DNA of 64,000 bases from Burkholderiales bacterium. Its GTDB lineage: Bacteria; Pseudomonadota; Gammaproteobacteria; Burkholderiales; SG8-41. Positions 31,154-39,728 of this stretch are shown here, one piece after another. How positions within the stretch are numbered: position 1 is the first letter of the stretch; the number at the start of each line of letters is the position of its first letter. Below the pieces are notes generated by a model. The model did no database searches, was not told where the DNA came from, and was given only the letters and a program-made list of their open reading frames with translations. A program made the translations under genes and the position numbers. The stretch is taken from positions 100,110 to 164,109 of the forward strand of contig DATAJS010000005.1 of NCBI GenBank assembly GCA_036262035.1, written 5' to 3'.

Positions 31154-32249
31154 CGTCGTCGTTCCGGCGCCTGCGACGGGCGTCATGCCGTCGGCGCCCG
31201 CGGGGCCGCGCCGGCTGCGCAGCCCCGGCGGGCGCGCGTGGCGGCGGTTCCGCGCGAACCGCCTGGGCTTCATCAGCCTCGTCATCTTCGGCGTGCTGTT
31301 CGCAGTGAGCCTGTTCGCCGAGGTGCTGTCGAACGACCAGCCGCTGGTGGTGCGCTACAACGGCGAGTGGTATTTCCCGCTCTTCCAGACGCTGCCGGAG
31401 ACGACCTTCGGCGGGGACTTCCCGACGCCCACCGATTTCCTCGATCCGTTCATCCGCGAGAACCTGAGGAAAGGCGACAACTTCGCGGTGTTCCCGCCGA
31501 ACCCGTATCACCACCAGACGATCAACTACTTCGCAAAGGATCCTTACCCGGCCGCACCGAACGCCGACAACGTGCTAGGCACCGACGACCGCGGGCGCGA
31601 CATCCTCGCGCGCCTCATCTACGGCTTTCGCGTGTCGATCGTGTTCGCGCTGCTCGTCGCCGGGCTGTGCACTATTTTCGGCGTGCTTTACGGCGCGATC
31701 CAGGGTTACTTCGCGGGCTGGACCGACATCGGCATGGAGCGCTTCAACGAGATCTGGGGCTCGATGCCGCAGCTCTACATGCTCATCATCCTGTCCTCGA
31801 TGTTCGCGCCGAGCTTCTGGCTGCTCGTGCTGCTCCTGTCGCTCTTCGGCTGGCTCGGCATCGCGGCGTACGTGCGCGCCGAGTTCCTGAAGAACCGCAC
31901 GCTCGATTACGTGCGCGCGGCGCGAGCGCTCGGGCAGAGCAATCGCGCGATCATGCGCCGGCACATCCTGCCGAACAGCCTCACGCCGGTCGTCACCCTG
32001 ATCCCGTTCGAGCTCGCCGCCGCGATCGGCGCGCTGACGAGCCTCGACTTCCTGGGCCTGGGCGTGCCGCCGGGCACCCCGAGCCTCGGCGAGCTCCTGC
32101 TCCAGGCCAAGGACAACCTCTACGCGTGGTGGATCTCGTTCACCACGTTCGGCGTCCTGCTCGTGATGCTGCTGCTCCTCGTGCTGATCGGGGATGCGCT
32201 GCGCGATGCGCTCGATCCGCGCAAGGTGCTGGAAGGCGTCGACGCATGA
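31134..32249 (+). CDS. yejE: Peptide ABC importer permease YejE
   Basis: RFRANRLGFISLVIFGVLFAVSLFAEVLSNDQPLVVRYNGEWYFPLF matches the YejE N-terminal pattern. GTG 31134 overlaps yejB by 20 nt; ATG 31185 is the alternative start. Confidence 0.8.
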   Translation: MSNTSADVVVPAPATGVMPSAPAGPRRLRSPGGRAWRRFRANRLGFISLVIFGVLFAVSLFAEVLSNDQPLVVRYNGEWYFPLFQTLPETTFGGDFPTPTDFLDPFIRENLRKGDNFAVFPPNPYHHQTINYFAKDPYPAAPNADNVLGTDDRGRDILARLIYGFRVSIVFALLVAGLCTIFGVLYGAIQGYFAGWTDIGMERFNEIWGSMPQLYMLIILSSMFAPSFWLLVLLLSLFGWLGIAAYVRAEFLKNRTLDYVRAARALGQSNRAIMRRHILPNSLTPVVTLIPFELAAAIGALTSLDFLGLGVPPGTPSLGELLLQAKDNLYAWWISFTTFGVLLVMLLLLVLIGDALRDALDPRKVLEGVDA

Positions 32250-33826
32250 AGCGCGTCGAGGTCCGCGAGCTCTCGGTGAGCTTCGGCTCGCGACGCGTCG
32301 TCGACCGCGTCTCGTTCGACATCGAAGCCGGCGAGCGTATAGCGCTCGTGGGCGAATCGGGCTCTGGCAAGACGGTCACCGCGCTGTCGCTGCTGCGGCT
32401 GATCGAGAGCGCGAAGCTCTCCGGCGAGATCCTGTACGAGGGCCGCAGCGTGCTCGCCATGAGCGAGGACGAGCTCCGGCAGCTGCGCGGCCGCGACATC
32501 GCGGTGGTGTTCCAGGAGCCGATGACCGCGCTCAATCCGCTGATGCGGATCGGCGACCAGATCGCCGAGTCGCTCGAGATCCACGAACGCGTGACGCGCG
32601 AGCAGGCGTTCAGGGGCGCGGTGGAGGCGATGCAGCGTGTCGGGATAGATGATGCGGAGCGGCGCGCGCGCAGCTTTCCCCACCAGCTCTCGGGCGGCCA
32701 GCGCCAGCGCGCGATGATCGCGATGGCGCTCGCCTGCAATCCCAGGCTGCTGATCGCCGACGAGCCGACCACCGCGCTCGACGCGACCATACGCCTGCAG
32801 ATTCTCGAGCTCCTCGATCGGCTGCGGCAGGAATCGGGCATGAGCCTGCTGCTCATCACCCACGATCTGAACATCGTGAAGCGCTTCGCCGACCGCGTGG
32901 CGGTGATGGAGCGCGGCGTCATCGTCGAGCAGGGCGCGACGCGCGAGGTGATGGAGAACCCGCAGCATCCTTATACGCGCAAGCTCATCAACAGCCGCCC
33001 CGAGCGCGCCGTCGGCGCTCCCGGTGAAGGCCGCGTCGTCGAAGCGCGCAATCTGCGCGTCGACTACCCGACGCAGCGACCGGGCATCGTGGGCTGGTTC
33101 AAGAGCGGTCATTTCACCGCGGTGAAGAAGGCCGATTTCGATCTCGCGCCGGGCGAGACCCTGGGCGTCATCGGCGAATCGGGATCGGGCAAGACCACGC
33201 TCGCGCTCGCCCTGCTGAACCTGATCCGCGCCGAAGGCGACATCCGCATCGACGGGCGCACCTGGAACGGCGACCGCGCCGAGCGCCGCGCGCTGCGGCG
33301 CGAGATCCAGGTCGTATTCCAGGACCCGCTGTCGTCGCTCTCGCCGCGTCAGACGATCGAAGGCATCGTCGGCGAAGGCCTCGAGATCCACGAGCCGGAG
33401 CTGAGCAGGGAGCAGCGGCGGGCGCGCATCGTCGCCGCCTTGCTCGACGTCGGCCTGACCGAGGACGGCGCCGCCGAGCCGCTCCTCGACCGCTATCCGC
33501 ACGAGTTCTCGGGCGGACAGCGCCAGCGCATCGCGATCGCGCGCGCGCTCATCGTGCGGCCGAAGATCGTCGTGCTCGACGAGCCGACGAGCGCGCTCGA
33601 CGTGACGATACAGAAGCAGGTGCTGGAGCTCCTCGGCGAGCTCCAGCGCAAGTACGGGCTTTCGTACGTGCTGGTCACGCACGACATCGACGTGGTGCGC
33701 GCGATGGCGCACCGCGTGATCGTGATGAAGGACAGCGAGGTCCTCGAGACCGGCGCGGTCGAGGACGTGCTCACCCGCGCGAAGTCCGAATACACGCGCA
33801 GGCTGATCAAGGCCGGCTACGCGTAG
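32246..33826 (+). CDS. yejF: Peptide ABC importer ATP-binding protein YejF (two ABC domains)
   Basis: ATG 32246 (MKRVEVRELSV) forms an ATGA overlap. Walker A appears twice as GESGSGKT, with signatures LSGGQRQR and FSGGQRQR. Confidence 0.85.
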   Translation: MKRVEVRELSVSFGSRRVVDRVSFDIEAGERIALVGESGSGKTVTALSLLRLIESAKLSGEILYEGRSVLAMSEDELRQLRGRDIAVVFQEPMTALNPLMRIGDQIAESLEIHERVTREQAFRGAVEAMQRVGIDDAERRARSFPHQLSGGQRQRAMIAMALACNPRLLIADEPTTALDATIRLQILELLDRLRQESGMSLLLITHDLNIVKRFADRVAVMERGVIVEQGATREVMENPQHPYTRKLINSRPERAVGAPGEGRVVEARNLRVDYPTQRPGIVGWFKSGHFTAVKKADFDLAPGETLGVIGESGSGKTTLALALLNLIRAEGDIRIDGRTWNGDRAERRALRREIQVVFQDPLSSLSPRQTIEGIVGEGLEIHEPELSREQRRARIVAALLDVGLTEDGAAEPLLDRYPHEFSGGQRQRIAIARALIVRPKIVVLDEPTSALDVTIQKQVLELLGELQRKYGLSYVLVTHDIDVVRAMAHRVIVMKDSEVLETGAVEDVLTRAKSEYTRRLIKAGYA

Positions 33827-33871
33827 CGCGGGCGCTATAATCGGCCCGCACGCTACCGACAAGGACGCTAC

Positions 33872-34654
33872 ATGGGTTTCCTGCAGGACAAGAAAATACT
33901 CGTCACCGGCCTGCTCTCGAATCGGTCGATCGCGTACGGCATCGCGGCCGCGTGCCACCGCGAAGGCGCGACCCTCGCCTTCACCTACCAGCACGACGAC
34001 CTGAAGGACCGCGTCACGCAGCTTGCAGGGGATTTCGGCTCGACGCCGGTGCTGCCCTGCGACGTCTCCGACGACGGGCAGATCGAGCGGTTGTTCGAGT
34101 CGCTGAAGGGCGAATGGGACGGCATCGACGGCGTCGTCCATTCCATCGCGTTCGCCCCGCGCGAAGCGCTCAAAGGCGGCTTCCTCGACGGGCTCACGCG
34201 CGACGCATTCCGCATCGCCCAGGACGTCAGCGCCTACAGCTTCGCCGCGCTCGCCAAGGCGGCGCTGCCGCTCATGCAGGGCCGCAAAGGCGCGCTGCTG
34301 ACGCTGTCCTACCTCGGCGCGATCCGTGCGGTGCCGAACTACAACGTGATGGGCGTGGCGAAAGCGAGCCTGGAAGCGACGGTGCGCTATCTCGCCGCGG
34401 ATCTCGGGCCCAAAGGCATCCGCGTGAACGGCATCTCGGCGGGCCCGATCAAGACGCTCGCGGCCGCCGGCATCAGCGGCTTCGGCAAGATCCTCAAAGC
34501 GGTGGAAGACCACGCCCCGCTCCGGCGCAACGTGACGATCGACGACGTCGGGAATACCGCGGCGTTCCTGCTCTCCGACCTGGCGGCCGGCATCACCGCC
34601 GAAGTCACCTACGTCGACGGCGGGTTCAACGCAGTCGTAGGCGGAACCGCCTGA
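33872..34654 (+). CDS. fabI: Enoyl-[acyl-carrier-protein] reductase (NADH)
   Basis: 260 aa with [29 protein letters not shown]...[14 protein letters not shown] (Y-x6-K) and [11 protein letters not shown]. Confidence 0.9.
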   Translation: MGFLQDKKILVTGLLSNRSIAYGIAAACHREGATLAFTYQHDDLKDRVTQLAGDFGSTPVLPCDVSDDGQIERLFESLKGEWDGIDGVVHSIAFAPREALKGGFLDGLTRDAFRIAQDVSAYSFAALAKAALPLMQGRKGALLTLSYLGAIRAVPNYNVMGVAKASLEATVRYLAADLGPKGIRVNGISAGPIKTLAAAGISGFGKILKAVEDHAPLRRNVTIDDVGNTAAFLLSDLAAGITAEVTYVDGGFNAVVGGTA

Positions 34655-34667
34655 CGGCGGCTCCGCC

Positions 34668-34762
34668 AGTGTTGAGTGTTAAATGTTGAGTGTTGAGTTG
34701 TAAGTGGTCGTTTCGAGCGCAACGCGCTTTCACTAAACACTCAACACTAAACACTCATCACT
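34668..34762. repeat. Heptad-built inverted-repeat element, copy 1 (second copy at 54473-54553)
   Basis: The left arm 34668-34706 is about five tandem heptads of consensus AGTGTTG. The right arm 34731-34762 is about four complementary heptads (CACTAAA/CACTCAA). The element is AT-rich in a GC-rich genome and sits between convergent fabI and ppiD. The right arm covers the ppiD stop codon. Confidence 0.8.
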
Positions 34763-36665
34763 GCTTTTTCTCGAACTGCTCCTTGTCGATCTTCACCTTC
34801 GCCTTGGCCTTGAGGCTCGCGAGGTAGGCGTTGAACTGCTCTTCGCCCAGGACCTGGGCGAGCCCTTCGTTCAGCGACTTCGCCTGCGCGCGGTCGGTCT
34901 TGTCCGAATCGACGACGCGCGTCACCTTGAGGAGCACGAAGCCGCCTCCGGGCGCCTCGACGCCGGTATACGACGGCAGCTTGTGGGTGTCCGCCTTGAA
35001 CACCTGGCGCACGACCGGCTCCGGCAGGCTCTTGGTGTCCTTGCGGCTGACCAGCTGCGGCGCGTCCCACGACACATCGGCCGACTCGCCCTTCTTCAAC
35101 TGCTCGAGGAGCTTGCGCCCTTCCTGTGCGGCGAGCTGGTTGGCGCGGGTCTGCACGACCTTCTTCTCGATCGCCGCCTTCACGTCCGCGAACGCCTGCA
35201 GGGCGGACGGCTTGTGCTCGGCCACGCGCGCGCCGATGATCGTCCCCGGCGCGAGCTCGATCGCCTCGGTGTTGCGCTTGTTCACGCGCACGTCCTCGCT
35301 GAAGACCGCCTGGATGAGCTTCGGATTGTTGAGGACGGGGTCGTCCGTGCCCTGGCGACTGATCCAGCCGCTCGTCTTGGGCTGGACCTTCGCGACGTCG
35401 GCCGCTCCCTTCAGGCTCTCGGACTGCTCGAAGAGCTTGTTGTTGAACTCGTCGGCGGCCTTGGCGTAGAGCTGCAGCGCCTGCTGCTTCCTGAGCTCCT
35501 TCTCGATCGCGGGCCTGACCTCGTCGAAGCTCTTCATCTGCGCCGGGTTCACCGCAGTCACTCGGATGATGTGATAGCCGTACTCGGTCTCGACCGGCTG
35601 CGAGATCTCGCCCGGCTTCATGCCGAACACCGCGTCGTCGAACGCTTTCACCATCGTGCCGCGGCCGAACGTGCCGAGGTCGCCGCCCTTCGCGGCAGAG
35701 CCCGGGTCCTGCGAATATTTCTTGGCGAGCTCGCCGAACGCGGCCGGGTTCTTCTTGAGCTCGTTGTAGATCCGTTCCGCTTCGGCCTGCGCCTTCTTCT
35801 TCGCGTCCTCGCCGGCGCTCTTGTCCGCGGCGATCAGGATGTGGCTCGCCTGGCGCGTCTCGCCCACGCCGAACTGACGCTGGTTCTCATCGTAGAACTT
35901 CTTGACGTTAGCCGGATCGAGCTTGACCTCGGGCGCGAACCCGTCGATCGACAGCGTCACGTACTCGATGCGGACCTGCTCCGGCGTGCGGAACTCGTCC
36001 TGGTGCGAGTCGTAGTACTTCTTCGCGGCGTCGTCCTCGAGCTTCACCTGGGAGACGAACTTGTCCGGCGACACGACCGCCCGGCTCACCTCGCGGCTCT
36101 GCTCGGTGATGTGCAGCAGCCGCTCGGCGACGGTGCGCGGCACGATGCTGGTCGCGGTATACGACTCGGCGAGCTGACCGAGCAGCAGCTCCTGCTGGAC
36201 GCGGTTCTGGAAGCTCGTGACGTTCTCGCCGCGCGCCTTCAGGAACTGCTCGTACTTGGCCATCACGAACTTGCCGTCGTCCTGGAACGCCGGCACCTGG
36301 GCGATGTAGCCGCGAAGCTGGTCTTCGGGCACGGTCATGCCGACGCGCAGCGCGTGGTCGATCAGCACGCGCTGGCGCACCAGCGCGTCGATCACCGACA
36401 TCCTGAGCTCGGGGCTGTCGAGCAGCGCGGGATCGATGCGGCCGCCGGAGAGGTTGCGAAGCTGGTCCTGCCGCTCGCGCAGCGCGTTCGCGATCTCCTG
36501 CTCGTGGATCTCGTAATCGCCGACCTTGACGACCGAGCGTCCGCTGCCGCTGTCGTGGAAGTACGAATCCACGCCGAAGAACGCGAACGGCAGGAAGATG
36601 ATCGCGAGGACGACCTGGAGGATGCGTTTGTGGCGGTGGACGAAATCGAACATGGACGAACTCAC
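34758..36665 (-). CDS. ppiD: Periplasmic folding chaperone / peptidyl-prolyl isomerase PpiD
   Basis: 635 aa with an N-terminal anchor ([17 protein letters not shown]), a SurA-N-like region and a parvulin domain (ASHILI...[21 protein letters not shown]). The start is GTG 36665 or ATG 36653 (MFDFVHRH). Confidence 0.85.
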   Translation of the reverse strand: MSSSMFDFVHRHKRILQVVLAIIFLPFAFFGVDSYFHDSGSGRSVVKVGDYEIHEQEIANALRERQDQLRNLSGGRIDPALLDSPELRMSVIDALVRQRVLIDHALRVGMTVPEDQLRGYIAQVPAFQDDGKFVMAKYEQFLKARGENVTSFQNRVQQELLLGQLAESYTATSIVPRTVAERLLHITEQSREVSRAVVSPDKFVSQVKLEDDAAKKYYDSHQDEFRTPEQVRIEYVTLSIDGFAPEVKLDPANVKKFYDENQRQFGVGETRQASHILIAADKSAGEDAKKKAQAEAERIYNELKKNPAAFGELAKKYSQDPGSAAKGGDLGTFGRGTMVKAFDDAVFGMKPGEISQPVETEYGYHIIRVTAVNPAQMKSFDEVRPAIEKELRKQQALQLYAKAADEFNNKLFEQSESLKGAADVAKVQPKTSGWISRQGTDDPVLNNPKLIQAVFSEDVRVNKRNTEAIELAPGTIIGARVAEHKPSALQAFADVKAAIEKKVVQTRANQLAAQEGRKLLEQLKKGESADVSWDAPQLVSRKDTKSLPEPVVRQVFKADTHKLPSYTGVEAPGGGFVLLKVTRVVDSDKTDRAQAKSLNEGLAQVLGEEQFNAYLASLKAKAKVKIDKEQFEKKQ

Positions 36666-36672
36666 AGATACG

Positions 36673-36701
36673 AAAAAAGGCGAACCGCGGTTCGCCTTTT
36701 T
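36673..36701 (-). terminator. Rho-independent (bidirectional-looking) terminator after tRNA-Asp
   Basis: Perfect palindrome GGCGAACCGCGGTTCGCC (36679-36696) flanked by an A-run (36673-36678) and a T-run (36697-36701). On the minus strand the stem is followed by TTTTTT. Confidence 0.75.
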
Positions 36702-36710
36702 CTAAAACGT

Positions 36711-36787
36711 TGGCGGAGTGGACGGGACTCGAACCCGCGACCCCCGGCGTGACAGGCCGGTATTCTAACCAACTGAACTACCACTCC
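36711..36787 (-). tRNA. tRNA-Asp (anticodon GTC)
   Basis: The reverse complement GGAGTGGTAGTTCAGTTGGTTAGAATACCGGCCTGTCACGCCGGGGGTCGCGGGTTCGAGTCCCGTCCACTCCGCCA is nearly identical in pattern to E. coli tRNA-Asp, with an encoded CCA. Confidence 0.95.
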
Positions 36788-36798
36788 AGAATGTACCC

Positions 36799-37012
36799 GG
36801 TCGAAAGTGAAAGCCTACTTTCGACCGCAACTTCTATTCAGAACTGAATCGCTGGCGGAGCCAGACGATTCAGCTTGCAACTGCCACGAAGAACCAACCG
36901 CTGACCTGCCACCGTTTCTTCGTTGCCTTTACTTCGCCAAAACCGCCCGGCCGCCCGAAGGTTTTGGCGCTAACTTGCCTTTGCGATCAAAAGTAGGTTT
37001 TTACTTTTGATC
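36799..37012 (-). other. Array of five stem-loops filling the tRNA-Val/tRNA-Asp spacer
   Basis: The hairpins are at 36799-36826 (10-bp stem), 36844-36873 (8+4 bp), 36886-36923 (8 bp), 36935-36969 (10 bp) and 36985-37012 (11 bp). The first and last stems are related (GGTCGAAAGT versus GATCAAAAGT) with compensatory changes in the partner arms. The spacer is about 51 percent GC by hand count. Confidence 0.7.
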
Positions 37013-37022
37013 GGTTCCACTG

Positions 37023-37098
37023 TGGTGGGTGCTGAGAGGCTCGAACTCCCGACATTCGCCTTGTAAGGGCGACGCTCTACCAACTGAGCTAAGCACCC
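37023..37098 (-). tRNA. tRNA-Val (anticodon TAC)
   Basis: The reverse complement is GGGTGCTTAGCTCAGTTGGTAGAGCGTCGCCCTTACAAGGCGAATGTCGGGAGTTCGAGCCTCTCAGCACCCACCA. It has a cloverleaf-compatible layout and an encoded CCA. Confidence 0.95.
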
Positions 37099-37136
37099 CC
37101 GATGCGCGCGAGACCTCTGCTGCAATCCGGAGCGGG

Positions 37137-37165
37137 ATTCTACCGCACAGGTCCGCGCTTTTCTA
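37137..37165 (-). promoter_or_regulatory. Sigma-70-like promoter candidate for the tRNA-Val/tRNA-Asp unit
   Basis: On the minus strand: TAGAAA (37165-37160), a 17-nt spacer, TAGAAT (37142-37137), then a GC-rich discriminator CCCGCTCC. It lies about 40 nt upstream of tRNA-Val. Confidence 0.35.
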
Positions 37166-37172
37166 GCTCTGC

Positions 37173-39584
37173 TTAATGCTTCATGGGCGCCGGAGCCGGC
37201 GTTTCGGATGAAGCGGGCAGCGCCGCGGCATCCGCCTGCTCGGGCAGCGGCTCGGGCTTGCGCTCTAGCGCGAGCTCGAGCACCTGGTCGATCCACTTGA
37301 CCGGATGGATCTCGAGGCGATTCTTCACGTTGTCGGGGATCTCCGCGAGGTCCTTCACGTTCTCCTCGGGGATGAGCACGTTCTTGATCCCGCCGCGGTG
37401 CGCCGCGAGGAGCTTCTCCTTCAGGCCTCCGATCATCAGCACTTCGCCGCGCAGGGTGATCTCGCCGGTCATCGCGAAGTCCGCGCGCACCGGGATGCCG
37501 GTGAGGGCGGAAACCATCGCGGTGACGATGCCGATGCCCGCGCTCGGGCCGTCCTTGGGCGTCGCGCCCTCGGGCAGGTGAATGTGGATGTCGTTCTTCT
37601 GATAGAAGTCGTCGAGGATGCCGAGACGCCGCGAGCGCGCACGCACCACCGAAAGCGCGGCCTCCACCGATTCCTTCATGACGTCGCCGAGCTTGCCCGT
37701 CGTCGTCATCTTGCCTTTGCCCGGCATCGTCGCGGCTTCGATCGTCAGAAGCTCGCCGCCGACCTCGGTCCAGGCGAGGCCGTTGACCTGGCCGACCTGG
37801 TTGTTCTTCTCCGCCATCCCGAAGGTGTAGCGGCGCACGCCGAGGTACTTGTCGAGGTTGCGCGAGGTGACCGTGATCTTCTTGGTCTCGCCTGCGCGCA
37901 CCAGCTCTTTCACCACCTTGCGGCAGATCTTGGAGATCTCGCGCTCGAGCGATCGCACGCCAGCTTCGCGCGTGTAGAAGCGGATCATGTCGCGGATCGC
38001 GCTCTCCGATACCGTCAGCTCCTCCGGCTTGAGCCCGTGGTTCTTCATGAGCTTGGGCAGCAGGTGCCGCTGGCAGATGTTGACCTTCTCGTCCTCGGTG
38101 TAACCCGACAGGCGGATCACTTCCATCCGGTCGAGCAGCGCCGGCGGGATGTTGAGCGTGTTCGCGGTCGCGACGAACATCACGTCGGAGAGGTCGTACT
38201 CCACTTCGACGTAGTGGTCGACGAACGTGTGGTTCTGCTCCGGGTCGAGGACTTCCAGCAAGGCACTGGCGGGATCGCCGCGGAAATCCATGCCCATCTT
38301 GTCGACTTCGTCGAGCAGGAAGAGCGGGTTCCTCACGCCGACCTTGGTCATGTTCTGCAGGATCTTGCCGGGCATCGAGCCGATGTACGTGCGGCGATGG
38401 CCGCGGATCTCGGCTTCGTCACGCACGCCGCCGAGCGACATGCGCACGAACTTGCGGTTCGTCGCGCGCGCGATCGACTGGCCCAGCGACGTTTTTCCGA
38501 CGCCGGGGGCGCCGACGAGGCAGAGGATCGGCGCCTTGAGCTTGTCGACGCGCTGCTGCACGGCGAGGTACTCGACGATGCGCTCTTTCACCTTCTCGAG
38601 GCCGTAGTGGTCCTCGTCGAGCACTTTCTCGGCATTCGTCAGATCCGGGTTGACCTTGCTCTTCTTGCGCCACGGCAGCGAGACGATCGAGTCGATGTAG
38701 TTGCGCACGACGGTCGCTTCGGCCGACATCGGCGACATCAGCCGCAGCTTCTTCAGCTCCGCTTCCGCCTTCTTGCGCGCGTCCTTCGGCATGCGCGCGA
38801 GCTTGATCTTCTTCTCGATCTCGTCGAGGTCGGCGCCTTCTTCGAGCTCGCCGAGCTCCTTCTGGATCGCCTTCACCTGCTCGTTGAGGTAGTACTCGCG
38901 CTGGCTCTTCTCCATCTGGCGCTTCACGCGCCCGCGGATGCGCTTCTCGACCTGGAGGATGTCGAGCTCGCCTTCGACGAGCTTCAGGAGGTGTTCGAGG
39001 CGCTGCTTCACGTCGAACATCTCGAGCACCTCCTGCTTCTGCTCGAGCTTGAGCGGAAGGTGCGCGGCGATCGTGTCGGCGAGACGGCCGGCCTCGTCGA
39101 TGCCCGCCAGCGAGGTCAGGATCTCGGGCGGGATCTTCTTGTTGAGCTTCACGTACTGATCGAACTGCTGGATCATCGTACGGCGCATCGCTTCGGTCTC
39201 GTGGTCGGTGTCGCTGTCCGCGGGCAGCGGCTCGATACCGACGGCGAAGTGCGTTTTGACGTCGACGACTTCCTTGATGCGCGCGCGCTGGCTGCCTTCG
39301 ACGAGCACTTTCACCGTGCCGTCGGGAAGCTTCAGCATCTGCAGGATGTTGGCGATGCTGCCGATCTCGTAGAGGTCCTCCGGCGCCGGATCGTCCTTGG
39401 CGGCGGATTTCTGCGCGACCAGCACGATGCTCTTCCCGGACTCCATCGCGGCCTCGAGGGCCTTGATCGACTTCGGGCGACCCACGAACAGCGGGATCAC
39501 CATGTGGGGGAACACAACCACGTCCCGCAGCGGAAGCAGCGGCAGTTGCGACGGGTTGGTTACGGATTCTTCAGGAAGGGACAT
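37173..39584 (-). CDS. lon: ATP-dependent Lon protease
   Basis: 803 aa with an N-terminal LON domain ([23 protein letters not shown]), Walker [10 protein letters not shown] and protease serine context PKDGPSAG. Confidence 0.95.
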   Translation of the reverse strand: MSLPEESVTNPSQLPLLPLRDVVVFPHMVIPLFVGRPKSIKALEAAMESGKSIVLVAQKSAAKDDPAPEDLYEIGSIANILQMLKLPDGTVKVLVEGSQRARIKEVVDVKTHFAVGIEPLPADSDTDHETEAMRRTMIQQFDQYVKLNKKIPPEILTSLAGIDEAGRLADTIAAHLPLKLEQKQEVLEMFDVKQRLEHLLKLVEGELDILQVEKRIRGRVKRQMEKSQREYYLNEQVKAIQKELGELEEGADLDEIEKKIKLARMPKDARKKAEAELKKLRLMSPMSAEATVVRNYIDSIVSLPWRKKSKVNPDLTNAEKVLDEDHYGLEKVKERIVEYLAVQQRVDKLKAPILCLVGAPGVGKTSLGQSIARATNRKFVRMSLGGVRDEAEIRGHRRTYIGSMPGKILQNMTKVGVRNPLFLLDEVDKMGMDFRGDPASALLEVLDPEQNHTFVDHYVEVEYDLSDVMFVATANTLNIPPALLDRMEVIRLSGYTEDEKVNICQRHLLPKLMKNHGLKPEELTVSESAIRDMIRFYTREAGVRSLEREISKICRKVVKELVRAGETKKITVTSRNLDKYLGVRRYTFGMAEKNNQVGQVNGLAWTEVGGELLTIEAATMPGKGKMTTTGKLGDVMKESVEAALSVVRARSRRLGILDDFYQKNDIHIHLPEGATPKDGPSAGIGIVTAMVSALTGIPVRADFAMTGEITLRGEVLMIGGLKEKLLAAHRGGIKNVLIPEENVKDLAEIPDNVKNRLEIHPVKWIDQVLELALERKPEPLPEQADAAALPASSETPAPAPMKH

Positions 39585-39618
39585 CGAGGTTCCTTATGTG
39601 ACGTCTTGCAACGTACTG

Positions 39619-39647
39619 ATATGAGGGAGCACCCGGCTTATTGCAAG
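39619..39647 (-). promoter_or_regulatory. Sigma-32 (heat-shock) type promoter candidate for lon
   Basis: The minus strand reads CTTGCAA (39647-39641), 13 nt, CCCTCATAT (39627-39619). This resembles the CTTGAAA-N13/14-CCCCATNT consensus and lies about 35 nt upstream of the lon ATG. Confidence 0.45.
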
Positions 39648-39663
39648 CGGGGATGGAAGAAAT

Positions 39664-39713
39664 GGGGTCAGGTCCGATTTTCCGGGCTGTGACGAAAAAT
39701 CGGACCTGACCCC
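39664..39713 (-). terminator. Long hairpin downstream of clpX (terminator-like), GGGGTCAG-family palindrome
   Basis: GGGGTCAGGTCCGATTTTC (39664-39682) pairs with GAAAAATCGGACCTGACCCC (39694-39713). This gives a ~19-bp stem with one bulge and an 11-nt loop. On the minus strand it is followed by ATTTCTTCC. Confidence 0.5.
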
Positions 39714-39728
39714 GGATTCCTTCCGGAA

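Noticed and set aside
32120-34513. 797-aa minus-strand ORF, plus similar long antisense ORFs at 18416..20032, 34983..36752, 37305..39692, 39924..41063, 50217..52019, 52742..54487, 56564..58879 and 59917..61569
   Set aside because: All are antisense to genes with strong family signatures (yejF/fabI, mltD, ppiD, lon, clpX, fadB-like, fadL, fadE, ACAD). All have the Arg/Asp/His/Leu-rich composition of GC-rich antisense frames.
34668-34762. The heptad repeats (and their copy at 54473-54553) as a CRISPR array or coding tandem repeat (translations such as STQHSTLNT)
   Set aside because: The units are only 7 nt with no spacers, and they are arranged as inverted arms of a hairpin. The reading frame through them belongs to a rejected N-terminal extension. 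They are not CRISPR and not coding.
36807-37010. 67-aa ORF filling the tRNA-Val/tRNA-Asp spacer
   Set aside because: It lies on the opposite strand to the tRNA transcription unit and has no ribosome-binding site. Its sequence is fully explained by five hairpins, and it shows no protein-like features. It is kept only as an RNA/DNA structure finding.
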